IMG/VR virus record: IMGVR_UViG_3300046787_000408
Span: 62,001-126,000 of that record
Direction: 5' to 3' (one strand)
Length of the DNA stretch: 64,000 nucleotides
The notes beneath the pieces were generated by a model. The model saw only the letters and a list, made by a program, of their open reading frames with translations. It was not told the origin of the DNA and searched no databases. Every line of letters begins with the position of its first letter. Position 1 is the stretch's first letter. A program made the position numbers and the translations under genes. Below, in pieces: positions 38,595 through 47,733 of this stretch.

Positions 38595-38648
38595 GTTGAC
38601 CAATTAATCCCAATTTGCTATAATAACAACATAGCAACAAGGAGCAAC

Positions 38649-38876
38649 ATGTCATATTACATTTTTAATCGTAACAAAGACTATGGTCCACGCAAGGGTT
38701 TAGAGGGTCCGTTTCATTACCCCAACGGAGCGGTGCTGTACTACGATCCCAAAGAAGGCGAGTACTACGATCCTACTACAGATTTTTATGTGCCCCGCGA
38801 CGAAGTTGCAGAGTTGCAGAACACAATTTTCGACGTATTAAAAGTTAATACTTCAGTAGTACAAAAAAACATTTGA
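38649..38876 (+). CDS. Small early protein
   Basis: Own promoter and AGGAG RBS. Contains LYYDPKEG.YYDP.TDFY. Confidence 0.75.
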   Translation: MSYYIFNRNKDYGPRKGLEGPFHYPNGAVLYYDPKEGEYYDPTTDFYVPRDEVAELQNTIFDVLKVNTSVVQKNI

Positions 38877-38926
38877 CCCAAATTGGGCAATTTGTTATAA
38901 TTAACGCTTAACACAAAGGATCTACA

Positions 38927-39100
38927 ATGGCTGGCAAAGCAACTTCTTGTTATCTAACAATTTGTGCCAAAGGCACTCACACCGCAGTGACTCGCAAAGT
39001 GTTTTTCACTGCGGCTGCAATGAATCAGTACCTCAAAAGCGACGAGTGCAAAGAGAAATTTCCTGCAGATCAGTTTGATTTTGTAAAAGAAATCTACTAA
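38927..39100 (+). CDS. Small early protein (57 aa)
   Basis: Hand translation MAGKATSCYLTIC...FDFVKEIY. Own promoter and AAGGA RBS. Confidence 0.7.
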   Translation: MAGKATSCYLTICAKGTHTAVTRKVFFTAAAMNQYLKSDECKEKFPADQFDFVKEIY

Positions 39101-39159
39101 AAGGTTGACCAAAAATGCCCAATTTGCTATAATATACACATAGCAAAGCAAAAAGGATC

Positions 39160-39300
39160 ATGATGCAGTACACATTGATTTCAGGTAATGGTAAAGTATA
39201 CACTTTTTTCCTTCGTGCAGTAGCTGAAACATATCAGCAAGCATATGGCGGTGTTGTAATTACGCCACAAGTGCTTGCGGAACAAACGGTTGACCAATAA
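39160..39300 (+). CDS. Small early protein (46 aa)
   Basis: Hand translation MMQYTLISGNGKVYTFFLRAVAETYQQAYGG...DQ. Own promoter and AAGGA RBS. Confidence 0.7.
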   Translation: MMQYTLISGNGKVYTFFLRAVAETYQQAYGGVVITPQVLAEQTVDQ

Positions 39301-39348
39301 TTGCCATTTTGCTATAATAGTGGCATAGTAAGAAAAAAGGAGCCAGCA

Positions 39349-39507
39349 ATGACACGCATTTTGTTTTATACCAAAGACTCCCGTGAAGTTCTGCGCTATA
39401 CCAGTTTGGACCTTCAAAAAGCCGGTAGCATTTGGATGGAAGCATGGGCACATCCTTCAGACATTGAAACGTTTCGCCTTAATGGCTGGTGGTTTGAAAC
39501 CATTTGA
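39349..39507 (+). CDS. Small early protein (52 aa)
   Basis: MTRILFYTKD...WWFETI. Own promoter and AAGGAG RBS. Confidence 0.65.
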   Translation: MTRILFYTKDSREVLRYTSLDLQKAGSIWMEAWAHPSDIETFRLNGWWFETI

Positions 39508-39563
39508 CCATTAATTCCCAATCTGCTATAATTTAATTTTAACGCACACAAAAGGAGCCAACC

Positions 39564-40580
39564 ATGAGTGCAATTCGAGTCCTTAACGGTAACTACCGCG
39601 GCTACACTGTTCAGAACACTGAGTTTGAACTGGTGTCAGGTTTTCAAACTGGCGCCAAAGGCAGTTATGTCACAGTAAAAAACAACGGACACTTCCCGCG
39701 CTTTGGTGACACTATCCGTATCCGTGTTGACAATATCGCAGACATCGTGTACACTAGCGGCATGAATACAGATACCACTCCAGTACAAGAACCCCTTGCA
39801 ACAGAAACAGACGAGCAAGCCATGGATCGTATCCGTGAGCGCTTTGACATCTTGCACGAAATGACAAAAGCCACAGTAACAGGCGACATCCGCGCCATGA
39901 TTGTGAGCGGCCCTCCAGGCGTGGGCAAGAGCTTTGGTGTTGAGCAAGAAATTGAAAAAGCCACAATGTTTGACAAGCTGGCAGGCAAGCGCTTGCGAGC
40001 AGAAGTTGTCAAAGGCTCAGCAACTCCTATCGGCCTGTACCAGACTCTTTACAAGTATAGCGACCCCAACTGCGTGGTTGTGTTTGACGACTGCGACAGC
40101 ATTTTGCTGGATGACGTTGCACTGAACTTGCTGAAAGGTGCCCTGGACTCAGGCAAGAAGCGCAAGATTTCTTGGTTGAGCGAATCCAGCTCACTGCGCC
40201 GTGAAGGCATCCCAGACAGTTTTGAATTCAAAGGCAGTGCTATCTTTATCACTAACTTGAAGTTTGACAAGATGAAGTCGCAGAAACTGCGGGATCACTT
40301 GGATGCATTGCAAAGCCGATGCCACTACTTGGACTTGACTCTGGACACCATGCGTGACAAGATCCTGCGTATCAAGCAAATTGCCAAAGACGGTGTATTG
40401 TTCGCAGACTATGACTTTGATGAGTGTGTACAGGACGACATCATTAACTTTATGAATGATAATCAGAATCGCTTGCGTGAAATGAGCCTGCGTATGGCAA
40501 TCAAGATTGCAGACTTGCGCAAGAGCTTTCCCAACAACTGGAAGCGCATGGCAGAAACAACTTGCATGAAGGCAGCATAA
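39564..40580 (+). CDS. AAA+ ATPase
   Basis: GPPGVGKS Walker A, VVVFDDCD Walker B, FITN sensor, AL.SR. Confidence 0.85.
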   Translation: MSAIRVLNGNYRGYTVQNTEFELVSGFQTGAKGSYVTVKNNGHFPRFGDTIRIRVDNIADIVYTSGMNTDTTPVQEPLATETDEQAMDRIRERFDILHEMTKATVTGDIRAMIVSGPPGVGKSFGVEQEIEKATMFDKLAGKRLRAEVVKGSATPIGLYQTLYKYSDPNCVVVFDDCDSILLDDVALNLLKGALDSGKKRKISWLSESSSLRREGIPDSFEFKGSAIFITNLKFDKMKSQKLRDHLDALQSRCHYLDLTLDTMRDKILRIKQIAKDGVLFADYDFDECVQDDIINFMNDNQNRLREMSLRMAIKIADLRKSFPNNWKRMAETTCMKAA

Positions 40581-40581
40581 T

Positions 40582-40764
40582 ATGACTTGGGTACTTGTAT
40601 TGTTCTTGCATGCTGGCATGCTGAGTGAAAAAGACAGCATGGCTCTGACCACAGTAACGGGCTTCAAGTCCGAAGTGGCTTGTCTAACAGCTGGTAAAGC
40701 CAGCCTGGACTTGGGCAAGCGCACCACCAAAGAAGTCAAGTTTGTTTGTTTGAAGCAGGAGTAA
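40582..40764 (+). CDS. Small exported/membrane protein
   Basis: Hydrophobic N-terminus (MTWVLVLFL) and two Cys. Confidence 0.6.
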   Translation: MTWVLVLFLHAGMLSEKDSMALTTVTGFKSEVACLTAGKASLDLGKRTTKEVKFVCLKQE

Positions 40765-40767
40765 ACC

Positions 40768-40947
40768 ATGCGTGAACTGGTTATTGATCGTCTCAAAAGC
40801 ATGATTGAAGTTGACCCAGAATATGGTATTCCTCGACACATTGATTGCGATGAGGAAGAGCACATTACTGATGTTGAAGAATTGAACACCATGACCGACC
40901 AGCAACTGTTGGAAGCGTTCGAAAGTTCAATTGGGTTTTGGGGCTGA
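40768..40947 (+). CDS. Small acidic protein (59 aa)
   Basis: Hand translation MRELVIDRLKSM...SSIGFWG. AGGAG RBS. Confidence 0.6.
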   Translation: MRELVIDRLKSMIEVDPEYGIPRHIDCDEEEHITDVEELNTMTDQQLLEAFESSIGFWG

Positions 40948-40948
40948 T

Positions 40949-41182
40949 ATGAAAGACATGCTGGGTCGTGAACTTGCAGTAGGTGACTTTGTGGTGTTCT
41001 ACTCCAACCTTTATCAAGTCACTGCCCTGGGTGCTCATGCAATCTCAGGACACGGCTATGCCAAGATCATGATTCATCCGCCCAGCAAAACATCCAAGCC
41101 TGCGCGAAAGTACAGCCGAGAAATGGTGCAAGTGCCGGCAGCAGATGTGACCTTGCACTTGTTGAAGAATGGTGGCGTGTGA
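40949..41182 (+). CDS. Small hypothetical protein
   Basis: MKDMLGRELAVGDFVVFY, coupled to its neighbours. Confidence 0.65.
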   Translation: MKDMLGRELAVGDFVVFYSNLYQVTALGAHAISGHGYAKIMIHPPSKTSKPARKYSREMVQVPAADVTLHLLKNGGV

Positions 41183-41289
41183 TGGAATCAGATAAAGCCT
41201 TCTTTGGAACAGTACTTGCCATGATGGCTTTGTTGTTTGGCTATCCTGTTGCGGCATTTTTTATATTTTTGGTTGCGGTGATGTCATGA
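41182..41289 (+). CDS. Tiny membrane protein (35 aa)
   Basis: MESDKAFFGTVLAMMALLFGYPVAAFFIFLVAVMS, with overlapping start/stop codons at both ends. Confidence 0.5.
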   Translation: MESDKAFFGTVLAMMALLFGYPVAAFFIFLVAVMS

Positions 41290-41438
41290 ATGCGTGGACA
41301 ATTGTTAACATCCTTTGTGCTTGGCTCTTATGGACCTGGGCCCAACGTGACTTTGAAAACGGTCACAACAAGACAGGCTGGTTTAATATCTTTTTCAGTG
41401 CTTGGAACGCGGCAGCAGCCGCTAATGCAATTCTTTAA
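41286..41438 (+). CDS. Tiny membrane protein (50 aa)
   Basis: MNAWTIVNILCAWLLW...AANAIL. ATGA coupling. Confidence 0.55.
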   Translation: MNAWTIVNILCAWLLWTWAQRDFENGHNKTGWFNIFFSAWNAAAAANAIL

Positions 41439-41446
41439 GGAACATT

Positions 41447-41557
41447 ATGTTTGAAATTTGGGATGGTGATTTGTTTTTGTACTCAGTTGATACTCGTTAC
41501 GAAGCTGACGAAGCTGACGAAGCTGGCTTTACTGTGAAACAATCTGTTGCGGAATAA
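41447..41557 (+). CDS. Tiny acidic protein (36 aa)
   Basis: MFEIWDGDLFLYSVDTRYEADEADEAGF.... AAGGA RBS. Confidence 0.55.
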   Translation: MFEIWDGDLFLYSVDTRYEADEADEAGFTVKQSVAE

Positions 41558-41558
41558 C

Positions 41559-41891
41559 ATGAGACCATTTTTATTGATTGCATTTGTGCGCTGGATCTTT
41601 AGCAAAGTGTTTTCCAGTGTAATTGAACTCAACGAAACATTCCGCGAACTCCTGCGAGAAACACCGTGGATTGCTGTGTTTGCCTGGATCACAGGAACGA
41701 TAATTTTTATGGCGGTTGTGTCATTGTTTGGTCTGAACTATGTGGACACTTCAGAACAGCTGGGACAGTTTCTCCTGGCACAAATATCTATCGCAGTGTT
41801 GTATCTTGCGGTGAATGGTGTTACAATAATGTACGAAGCATTCAAACGGGATCGTGAGGAACTGTTTAATGTGCTGAAAGACACAAAATGA
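41559..41891 (+). CDS. Membrane protein
   Basis: Two to three hydrophobic segments. Confidence 0.6.
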   Translation: MRPFLLIAFVRWIFSKVFSSVIELNETFRELLRETPWIAVFAWITGTIIFMAVVSLFGLNYVDTSEQLGQFLLAQISIAVLYLAVNGVTIMYEAFKRDREELFNVLKDTK

Positions 41892-42052
41892 TTAGGCTTT
41901 GGGAGTTCCTGGTTCACGGGTGCTGGCATCAGTGGCGTGCCATGGAAAAGACCAAACTCGTAAGCAGTGCTAAAGATGAAATAGGCTATGGCATGCGTTA
42001 TACCTACCAATGTGGCAAATGCCATCGTATCAAAAAACAGGATGTAAAATGA
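41888..42052 (+). CDS. Small Zn-ribbon-like protein (54 aa)
   Basis: GCWHQW...YQCGKCHR. ATGA coupling at both ends. Confidence 0.55.
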   Translation: MIRLWEFLVHGCWHQWRAMEKTKLVSSAKDEIGYGMRYTYQCGKCHRIKKQDVK

Positions 42053-42276
42053 CACAAACAATTTATGGATTAACATATGACTACGGTGACGGAAGTGCCG
42101 GAATGCGTTGGTATCGCAACAAAGCAATCGTTGACGCCAAACTAGATGAGGATGGCCCAGACTGGGATGAGATGATGTATGGCAACGAAGGTACACCTAG
42201 CATGGTCTTAACCTTCCCAGCAGATTTGGATCTTGAGAAGTGTGGCTTCTACTTTGACGATGAGGATGAAGACTAA
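42049..42276 (+). CDS. Small acidic hypothetical protein
   Basis: MTQTIYGLTYDYGDGS..., coupled. Confidence 0.6.
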   Translation: MTQTIYGLTYDYGDGSAGMRWYRNKAIVDAKLDEDGPDWDEMMYGNEGTPSMVLTFPADLDLEKCGFYFDDEDED

Positions 42277-42335
42277 CTTGCGTTAACTACAGTTTTTTCC
42301 TGGGCAACAACGGTTGGCTCCGGCCCAGGCTTTAC

Positions 42336-42368
42336 AACAGGTACCCTTAAAACGGTACCTGTTTTTTT
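42336..42368 (+). terminator. Rho-independent terminator
   Basis: AACAGGTACC-loop-GGTACCTGTT followed by a T run. It closes the early cluster. Confidence 0.8.
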
Positions 42369-42401
42369 GACTTGAGGTTCGCAACAATATATACTACAGT
42401 T

Positions 42402-43268
42402 ATGAGCATTCTGTATATCCAACTTGAAGATCTAACACTACAGTTTCGTGTGCTGGCCACTCCTGTAGCAGAGCTATGGCAGGAGCGAATGAGCCAACGT
42501 CATGCTTGGCCTTTGGATCATCCCAAACGTTTTTATGGATTTGACAGTGCCAAAATTGAAGCAGATCGTGCAATTTCTGAGATCAATCGCTGTGTGAGCA
42601 CAATCAACCAGTACCAGCAAATTATTGACCGTGGCGTAACAGATGTGCATGATCAAGACACGTTGAATTATCTGCACAACATATTTGAACGCTATCACGG
42701 TTTGTTGGATCAGCAGAACAATGAATACTGGGTCTCTGCTCCGGAGCAGGTTCGTGTGGCACTAGCAGAACTCAACTTGGCTGTGCATAGATGTGAGACT
42801 GCACAATCAGCACCAAACCCCAGGATGGTCTGCACCTGGTACGGACAACCCAAACAGTACACTTTGCCGCTGACAATGCAACAGCAATATGGCACCACAA
42901 GTCCGCCCTGGGGCAGCGTTTGCTTGAACTACTGCGAAATAGGCAAAACACTAGAAGACCTGGCTCGTGACAACGATCACTATATTGGTGATGATGCGTT
43001 TCGGCCATTTTCTCATTACAGTAGTGACTTTGTAGTGAGATTCTTTGAACACTTGCCACAAACACTTGACAACCTCCGTGCAAATATGCAACAATACTAC
43101 AATACGCACCAAGAGTTTTTTCACAAGCGTGGGTTTGCATCTTTTGATGACACCCGACTACAACCATTGCGGTTCCCAGTAGCACAATTAATAGAGACTA
43201 TGCCAAGAGCTCGATTGTTACAGGAGATAGCAGCCAGACAACAAGTGAGCAGTATACAAATACAATGA
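42402..43268 (+). CDS. Hypothetical protein
   Basis: Start re-picked 6 nt after a TTGACT-17-TATACT promoter. Coupled to uvsW. Confidence 0.65.
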   Translation: MSILYIQLEDLTLQFRVLATPVAELWQERMSQRHAWPLDHPKRFYGFDSAKIEADRAISEINRCVSTINQYQQIIDRGVTDVHDQDTLNYLHNIFERYHGLLDQQNNEYWVSAPEQVRVALAELNLAVHRCETAQSAPNPRMVCTWYGQPKQYTLPLTMQQQYGTTSPPWGSVCLNYCEIGKTLEDLARDNDHYIGDDAFRPFSHYSSDFVVRFFEHLPQTLDNLRANMQQYYNTHQEFFHKRGFASFDDTRLQPLRFPVAQLIETMPRARLLQEIAARQQVSSIQIQ

Positions 43269-44734
43269 AACAAGCAACCATAGTAATCAAAGACGAAGTA
43301 AACATCAAGATAGAGGGCCTGGATCTTGACTGTCGCAAAAAATTAGTAAACACCTTCAAGTACGAAATACCCGGTGCACGATATCAACCTGCTGTGAGAT
43401 TGGGTAGGTGGGATGGTAAAGTGGCATACTTTCAACTGGGCGGATCCAGCTATATCAACCTGTTACCTGAGATACTGCCTATACTGGAACAGTATGACTA
43501 TGATGTTGATCTAGATGATCAGCGTGACTACCAAACTGTTTTTGAGTTCACACAAATACGTGAAGACTCATTCTCTCACAAGGTATGGCCCAAAGGACAT
43601 CCTGTGGCTGGCCAACCAGTAATGTTGCGAGACTATCAAGTCAAGATTGTAAACGACTATTTGAGCAATCCGCAGTGCATACAAGAAGTGGCCACAGGTG
43701 CAGGCAAAACATTAATGACTGCTGCCTTGAGTCTTAGTGTAGAACAATATGGCCGCACTATTGTGATTGTGCCCAACAAGGACCTGGTACGACAAACCGA
43801 AGCTGACTATATAAATCTAGGTCTAGACGTAGGCGTATACTTTGGAGACCGCAAAGAGAAAGGTCGTACTCACACCATTTGCACTTGGCAAAGTCTCAAC
43901 GTGCTATTAAAAAACACACAAGCTGGTACTGGAGACTTTACAATACACGAGTTTATTGAAGACGTGGTATGTGTAATTGTAGACGAAGTACACATGGCCA
44001 AAGCTGATGCACTCAAGACTCTGCTGTCAGGTGTAATGAGTCGTATCCCTATTCGTTGGGGACTCACTGGTACGGTGCCAAAAGAACCATATGAGTTCAA
44101 GAGCTTGTTGGTAAGCTTGGGACCAGTGATTAGTCATCTTAGTGCTAGTGAACTACAAGATCGCGGGGTACTGGCCAACTGTCACGTGAACATTGTGCAG
44201 TTGATAGATCATGTGGAGTACAAAGAATACCAAAGCGAGCTTAAATATTTGCTGGAAGAGTCGGGCAGGCTTGATGCAATGTCTGGGTTGATCAAAACTA
44301 TCAACGAAACAGGCAACACTCTTGTGTTGGTAGATCGAGTGGCTGCTGGTCATGCCTTGGTTGAACGGCTGGGTGACAAAGCAGTATTTGTGAGTGGTGC
44401 TACTAAATCCAAAGACCGACAAAACGAATATGCTGAAGTTGCAGATGCAACAGACAAAATCATTGTGGCCACTTATGGTGTGGCTGCTGTGGGTATCAAC
44501 ATACCTCGTATTTTTAATCTGGTACTTGTGGAGCCTGGCAAAAGCTTTGTTCGAGTCATTCAAAGTATTGGACGCGGCATTCGCAAAGCTGAAGACAAAG
44601 ATCATGTGCAAATCTGGGACATAACTTCCACATGCAAATTTGCCAAGCGTCATTTGACCAAGCGCAAGCAGTTTTACAAAGATGCTAACTATCCTTTCAC
44701 AGCAGAAAAGCTGGACTGGATGAAAATTGCTTGA
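43265..44734 (+). CDS. uvsW: SF2 DNA helicase UvsW
   Basis: ATGAGKT, VIVDEVH, GLTGT, QSIGRGIR. Confidence 0.92.
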   Translation: MKQATIVIKDEVNIKIEGLDLDCRKKLVNTFKYEIPGARYQPAVRLGRWDGKVAYFQLGGSSYINLLPEILPILEQYDYDVDLDDQRDYQTVFEFTQIREDSFSHKVWPKGHPVAGQPVMLRDYQVKIVNDYLSNPQCIQEVATGAGKTLMTAALSLSVEQYGRTIVIVPNKDLVRQTEADYINLGLDVGVYFGDRKEKGRTHTICTWQSLNVLLKNTQAGTGDFTIHEFIEDVVCVIVDEVHMAKADALKTLLSGVMSRIPIRWGLTGTVPKEPYEFKSLLVSLGPVISHLSASELQDRGVLANCHVNIVQLIDHVEYKEYQSELKYLLEESGRLDAMSGLIKTINETGNTLVLVDRVAAGHALVERLGDKAVFVSGATKSKDRQNEYAEVADATDKIIVATYGVAAVGINIPRIFNLVLVEPGKSFVRVIQSIGRGIRKAEDKDHVQIWDITSTCKFAKRHLTKRKQFYKDANYPFTAEKLDWMKIA

Positions 44735-44765
44735 CATTACCTACTAATACCTGTACACTTAACAC

Positions 44766-45269
44766 ATGCGAATTCTAACACTTGACCAAAACACCGCTTA
44801 TGACCTTGATCATCTTCCTGAAGAAGTAGATGACATGCGTTTTGCTATTCTAGATAACTCGGACCCCAAAGATCCTGACTATCAGTTTATACCACTTATC
44901 TTTCTAGAAAGTTTCAACAGTCCTGCTCTAGTATTGCGCATTGGCAAAAACACAATTCGAATGCCCATGGACTGGCAAATCTTGATTGGCGAACCTGAAG
45001 TAGGTGATCTTGAAGTGTTACCGTTAACATCAATTAACGATCGAGGATTCAAAGTATTTCAATTCAACCCACTCAGTAGCTTTAGGCCCAGTTTTCCTGA
45101 CATTGAAATCTTGGATGTTTATCATGAAGTTTCGTGGTATGCTCCCAAGCTCAAGAATGGGCAAATGCTGGCTGTGCCTTTGAGTGATGAAGCTGAACCT
45201 GACTGTGTGTATTTTGTAAAAGATGTTAGTCGCAACTGCGAGATCGTGGATTACAACAAGGCGTGGTAA
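44766..45269 (+). CDS. Conserved hypothetical protein
   Basis: Clean ORF 6 nt after a TTGACA-17-TACACT promoter. Confidence 0.7.
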   Translation: MRILTLDQNTAYDLDHLPEEVDDMRFAILDNSDPKDPDYQFIPLIFLESFNSPALVLRIGKNTIRMPMDWQILIGEPEVGDLEVLPLTSINDRGFKVFQFNPLSSFRPSFPDIEILDVYHEVSWYAPKLKNGQMLAVPLSDEAEPDCVYFVKDVSRNCEIVDYNKAW

Positions 45270-45271
45270 TC

Positions 45272-45529
45272 ATGGGCGATCTAACTCCTGGTGCCACTTA
45301 CATATATGAACGAGTTGGAGACACTGTGTTTAGACGAGAACCAGGATCTTTAGAGCGCGAAGTAGTAGGGTACGATCATCGTACCTCAGATGGTAGGCCC
45401 TTGCACGAACATATTATGGATGCCAAGATGTGGGGTGAGATTAGACGTGCAGCACCTTCGAACCCTGCTTTACAAGATGCCCTGGACCGTGTTATAATGA
45501 TATATCAACTGAGCCGAACCAATGAGTGA
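45272..45529 (+). CDS. Small hypothetical protein
   Basis: MGDLTPGATYIYERVG..., in operon. Confidence 0.6.
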   Translation: MGDLTPGATYIYERVGDTVFRREPGSLEREVVGYDHRTSDGRPLHEHIMDAKMWGEIRRAAPSNPALQDALDRVIMIYQLSRTNE

Positions 45530-45968
45530 TAAACTAAACATTGCCAACGAGATGCGAGTGTTTGACCGCAAGGACAGAACATTCTATGACAATCTAACAC
45601 CCGAAGAGCGCAAGAAGTTCAGCAACTTTCTAATGTTGCGTTGGGGCAGTTCAGTTGAAGGTTCTCGAGACCTACAAGAGTTTTATGTGATCAGTTGCAA
45701 TGAACGTTTCAACAAACACTTTTTTGATCTAGGAAAACATCCTAAATTGCAATGGCTGTTGGCCACAACAGTAAGTCCAGACATGGGAACACCGCGCCAC
45801 CCCTGGATTGCACCCAAGAAAAAAGAGCCCGGCGCAAGCTCGTTCAAGAAACAACTGAGTGAGTTGTTTCCACACTTGAAAAATGATGAAATTGATTTGT
45901 TGGCAGCAATCACTACCAAAAAAGAACTAGATGCATACATTCGTCAGCATGGCAACGACCCCAAGTAA
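45522..45968 (+). CDS. Possible clamp-loader small subunit (gp62-like)
   Basis: F..F...R..S, N...N.....L.KH..LQW..., H.WI..KK pattern and replication-gene context. Confidence 0.5.
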   Translation: MSDKLNIANEMRVFDRKDRTFYDNLTPEERKKFSNFLMLRWGSSVEGSRDLQEFYVISCNERFNKHFFDLGKHPKLQWLLATTVSPDMGTPRHPWIAPKKKEPGASSFKKQLSELFPHLKNDEIDLLAAITTKKELDAYIRQHGNDPK

Positions 45969-46638
45969 ATTCAGCTGTGACTTTTGCAACAAGACCTTTG
46001 CTAAGGAAACTAGTATAGCAGTTCACATGTGTGAGGCCAAGCGCCGTCATCAAGAGCAGAACGAGCCTGGTGTAAGACTGGGCTTTCAAGCCTACGTGAA
46101 GTTCTATGCAACAGTACAACGATCAGCCAAGACCAAGACATTTGAAGACTTTGCTGGCAGCGCATATTACAAAGCATTTGTAAAGTTTGGACGATACTGT
46201 GTAGATACTCGCACAATCAATCCTGGTCAGTTCATGACATGGTTGTTGAAGCACAACAAAAAGATTGACTACTGGTGTTCAGACAGAGTGTACACAGAAT
46301 ACTTGTTGGACTATCTCAAGGTAGAAGCTGTGGAAGATGCACTGGCACGAGCTATTGAGTACAGTATGACCTGGGCAGAAAACACTCAAGCATCTCCACA
46401 TGATTGTTTGCGTTACGGCAATGTGCATGCTTTGTGCTATGCTATATCGTCTGGCAGACTAAGTCCGTGGACCATATACTGTAGTGATTCAGGACAGAAG
46501 TTTCTCAGCAACTTGGATGCAGCGCAGGTCAGTTTGATCTGGCCCTATATTGATTCAGACGTATGGCTAAAAAAGCTACAGCAGAATCCTGATGATCAGG
46601 CATATGCTAGAACAATTTTAACTCAAGCAGGATGGTAA
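45949..46638 (+). CDS. C2H2 zinc-finger-containing protein
   Basis: FSCDFCNKTFAKETSIAVHMC at the N-terminus. Confidence 0.65.
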   Translation: MATTPSKFSCDFCNKTFAKETSIAVHMCEAKRRHQEQNEPGVRLGFQAYVKFYATVQRSAKTKTFEDFAGSAYYKAFVKFGRYCVDTRTINPGQFMTWLLKHNKKIDYWCSDRVYTEYLLDYLKVEAVEDALARAIEYSMTWAENTQASPHDCLRYGNVHALCYAISSGRLSPWTIYCSDSGQKFLSNLDAAQVSLIWPYIDSDVWLKKLQQNPDDQAYARTILTQAGW

Positions 46639-46639
46639 C

Positions 46640-46987
46640 ATGATTAGAAGTATCACAGGCGGAAACGGCATAACGGTTTCAGGCAGCGTGTACAGCGCCC
46701 CTTATATCGACAACTCACGAGCCAGTGCTGGCATGGTGCGGTACAACAGCGGCAACGTTGAAGTATATGATGGTAGCTCCTGGGTGACCATGCAATCTGG
46801 CTACCCTACCATTGAACTGGATGGAGTAACACAAGAAGCAATACAATGGGTAAAACGAAAAATGATTGAAGAAAAGCGCATGCTTGAGCTGGCCAAAACT
46901 CATCCCGCAGTGGCAGATGCATTGGCAGCACAACAACGAGCCGAGGAAGCAGTGCGCATTGCAGTGGCCCTGTGTGACGTGCAATGA
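46640..46987 (+). CDS. Hypothetical protein
   Basis: Coupled ORF with a C-terminal coiled coil. Confidence 0.6.
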   Translation: MIRSITGGNGITVSGSVYSAPYIDNSRASAGMVRYNSGNVEVYDGSSWVTMQSGYPTIELDGVTQEAIQWVKRKMIEEKRMLELAKTHPAVADALAAQQRAEEAVRIAVALCDVQ

Positions 46988-47733
46988 ATGATCATCCATT
47001 GATCTACTGTAACGGAGATAGTTACAGTGATGAGAATTACCACACTTCTCTTGTGGGCAAAACATACGCTCACGTGCTAGGGGAACACTTAAATGGTTTT
47101 GTAATCAACAATGCACTACGAGGTAGTTGTAATCGCCGCATAATTAGAACCTCAGTGCATGATTTAATACAACAACGACAACAAAACCCTGAACAAAGAA
47201 TTATTGCATTAATTGGGTTGTCTTTTGAAATAAGGTCAGAACTTTGGATTGAAAATGCAACCCCCAAGTCAGCACAAGAATCAAATTTTCAAACACATAC
47301 ATTTGCTGACAAAGACAACTGGCGTGACCTGCTGCTAGCAGGAAAAAAGATGTTTGATAAAGAGAACAAATTCCTTGACAAATATAACCAAGGTCGTGCA
47401 TACTACTACAGTCCGTACGCTGAGAGAGCAAATCTTTTGTGCGATTGTGTGATGTTCCAAGCACTAATGAAAGATTTAAACATCGAATTCTTGATGTTTC
47501 AATCGCCACAAGCTGAACAGTTAGAAAATGAATATCTTGTTGATTTTTTTAAATCACAGCTGGACAACAACTGCTTTATTGACTTTGAATCATTTGGGTT
47601 TGTGGATTGGTGTCACGAACAAGGATTTGTTCCGTTAGATTTCCTAGATCGCCCCAACATTGGACACCCTACTGCTCAAGCCCATCGTGCATTTGCAGAA
47701 CAGATTGTTATACCCTACTTTGGTAAATTATGA
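46984..47733 (+). CDS. SGNH/GDSL-like hypothetical protein
   Basis: YCNGDSYS, N.A..GSCN.RI, GHP...AH. Confidence 0.55.
   Translation: MNDHPLIYCNGDSYSDENYHTSLVGKTYAHVLGEHLNGFVINNALRGSCNRRIIRTSVHDLIQQRQQNPEQRIIALIGLSFEIRSELWIENATPKSAQESNFQTHTFADKDNWRDLLLAGKKMFDKENKFLDKYNQGRAYYYSPYAERANLLCDCVMFQALMKDLNIEFLMFQSPQAEQLENEYLVDFFKSQLDNNCFIDFESFGFVDWCHEQGFVPLDFLDRPNIGHPTAQAHRAFAEQIVIPYFGKL

Larger units (their letters stand above)
38596..39532 (+). promoter_or_regulatory. Five near-identical sigma70 promoters in tandem
   Basis: TTGACC-17-TATAAT at 38596-38624, 38873-38901, 39105-39133, 39290-39318 and 39504-39532, all with extended -10 TG and similar spacers. Confidence 0.9.

Noticed and set aside
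38596-39532. Repeated 29-bp units with unique intervening sequence as a CRISPR-like array
   Set aside because: The repeats are degenerate sigma70 promoters, and the intervening 180-280 bp are RBS-led ORFs. Reported as promoter cassettes instead.
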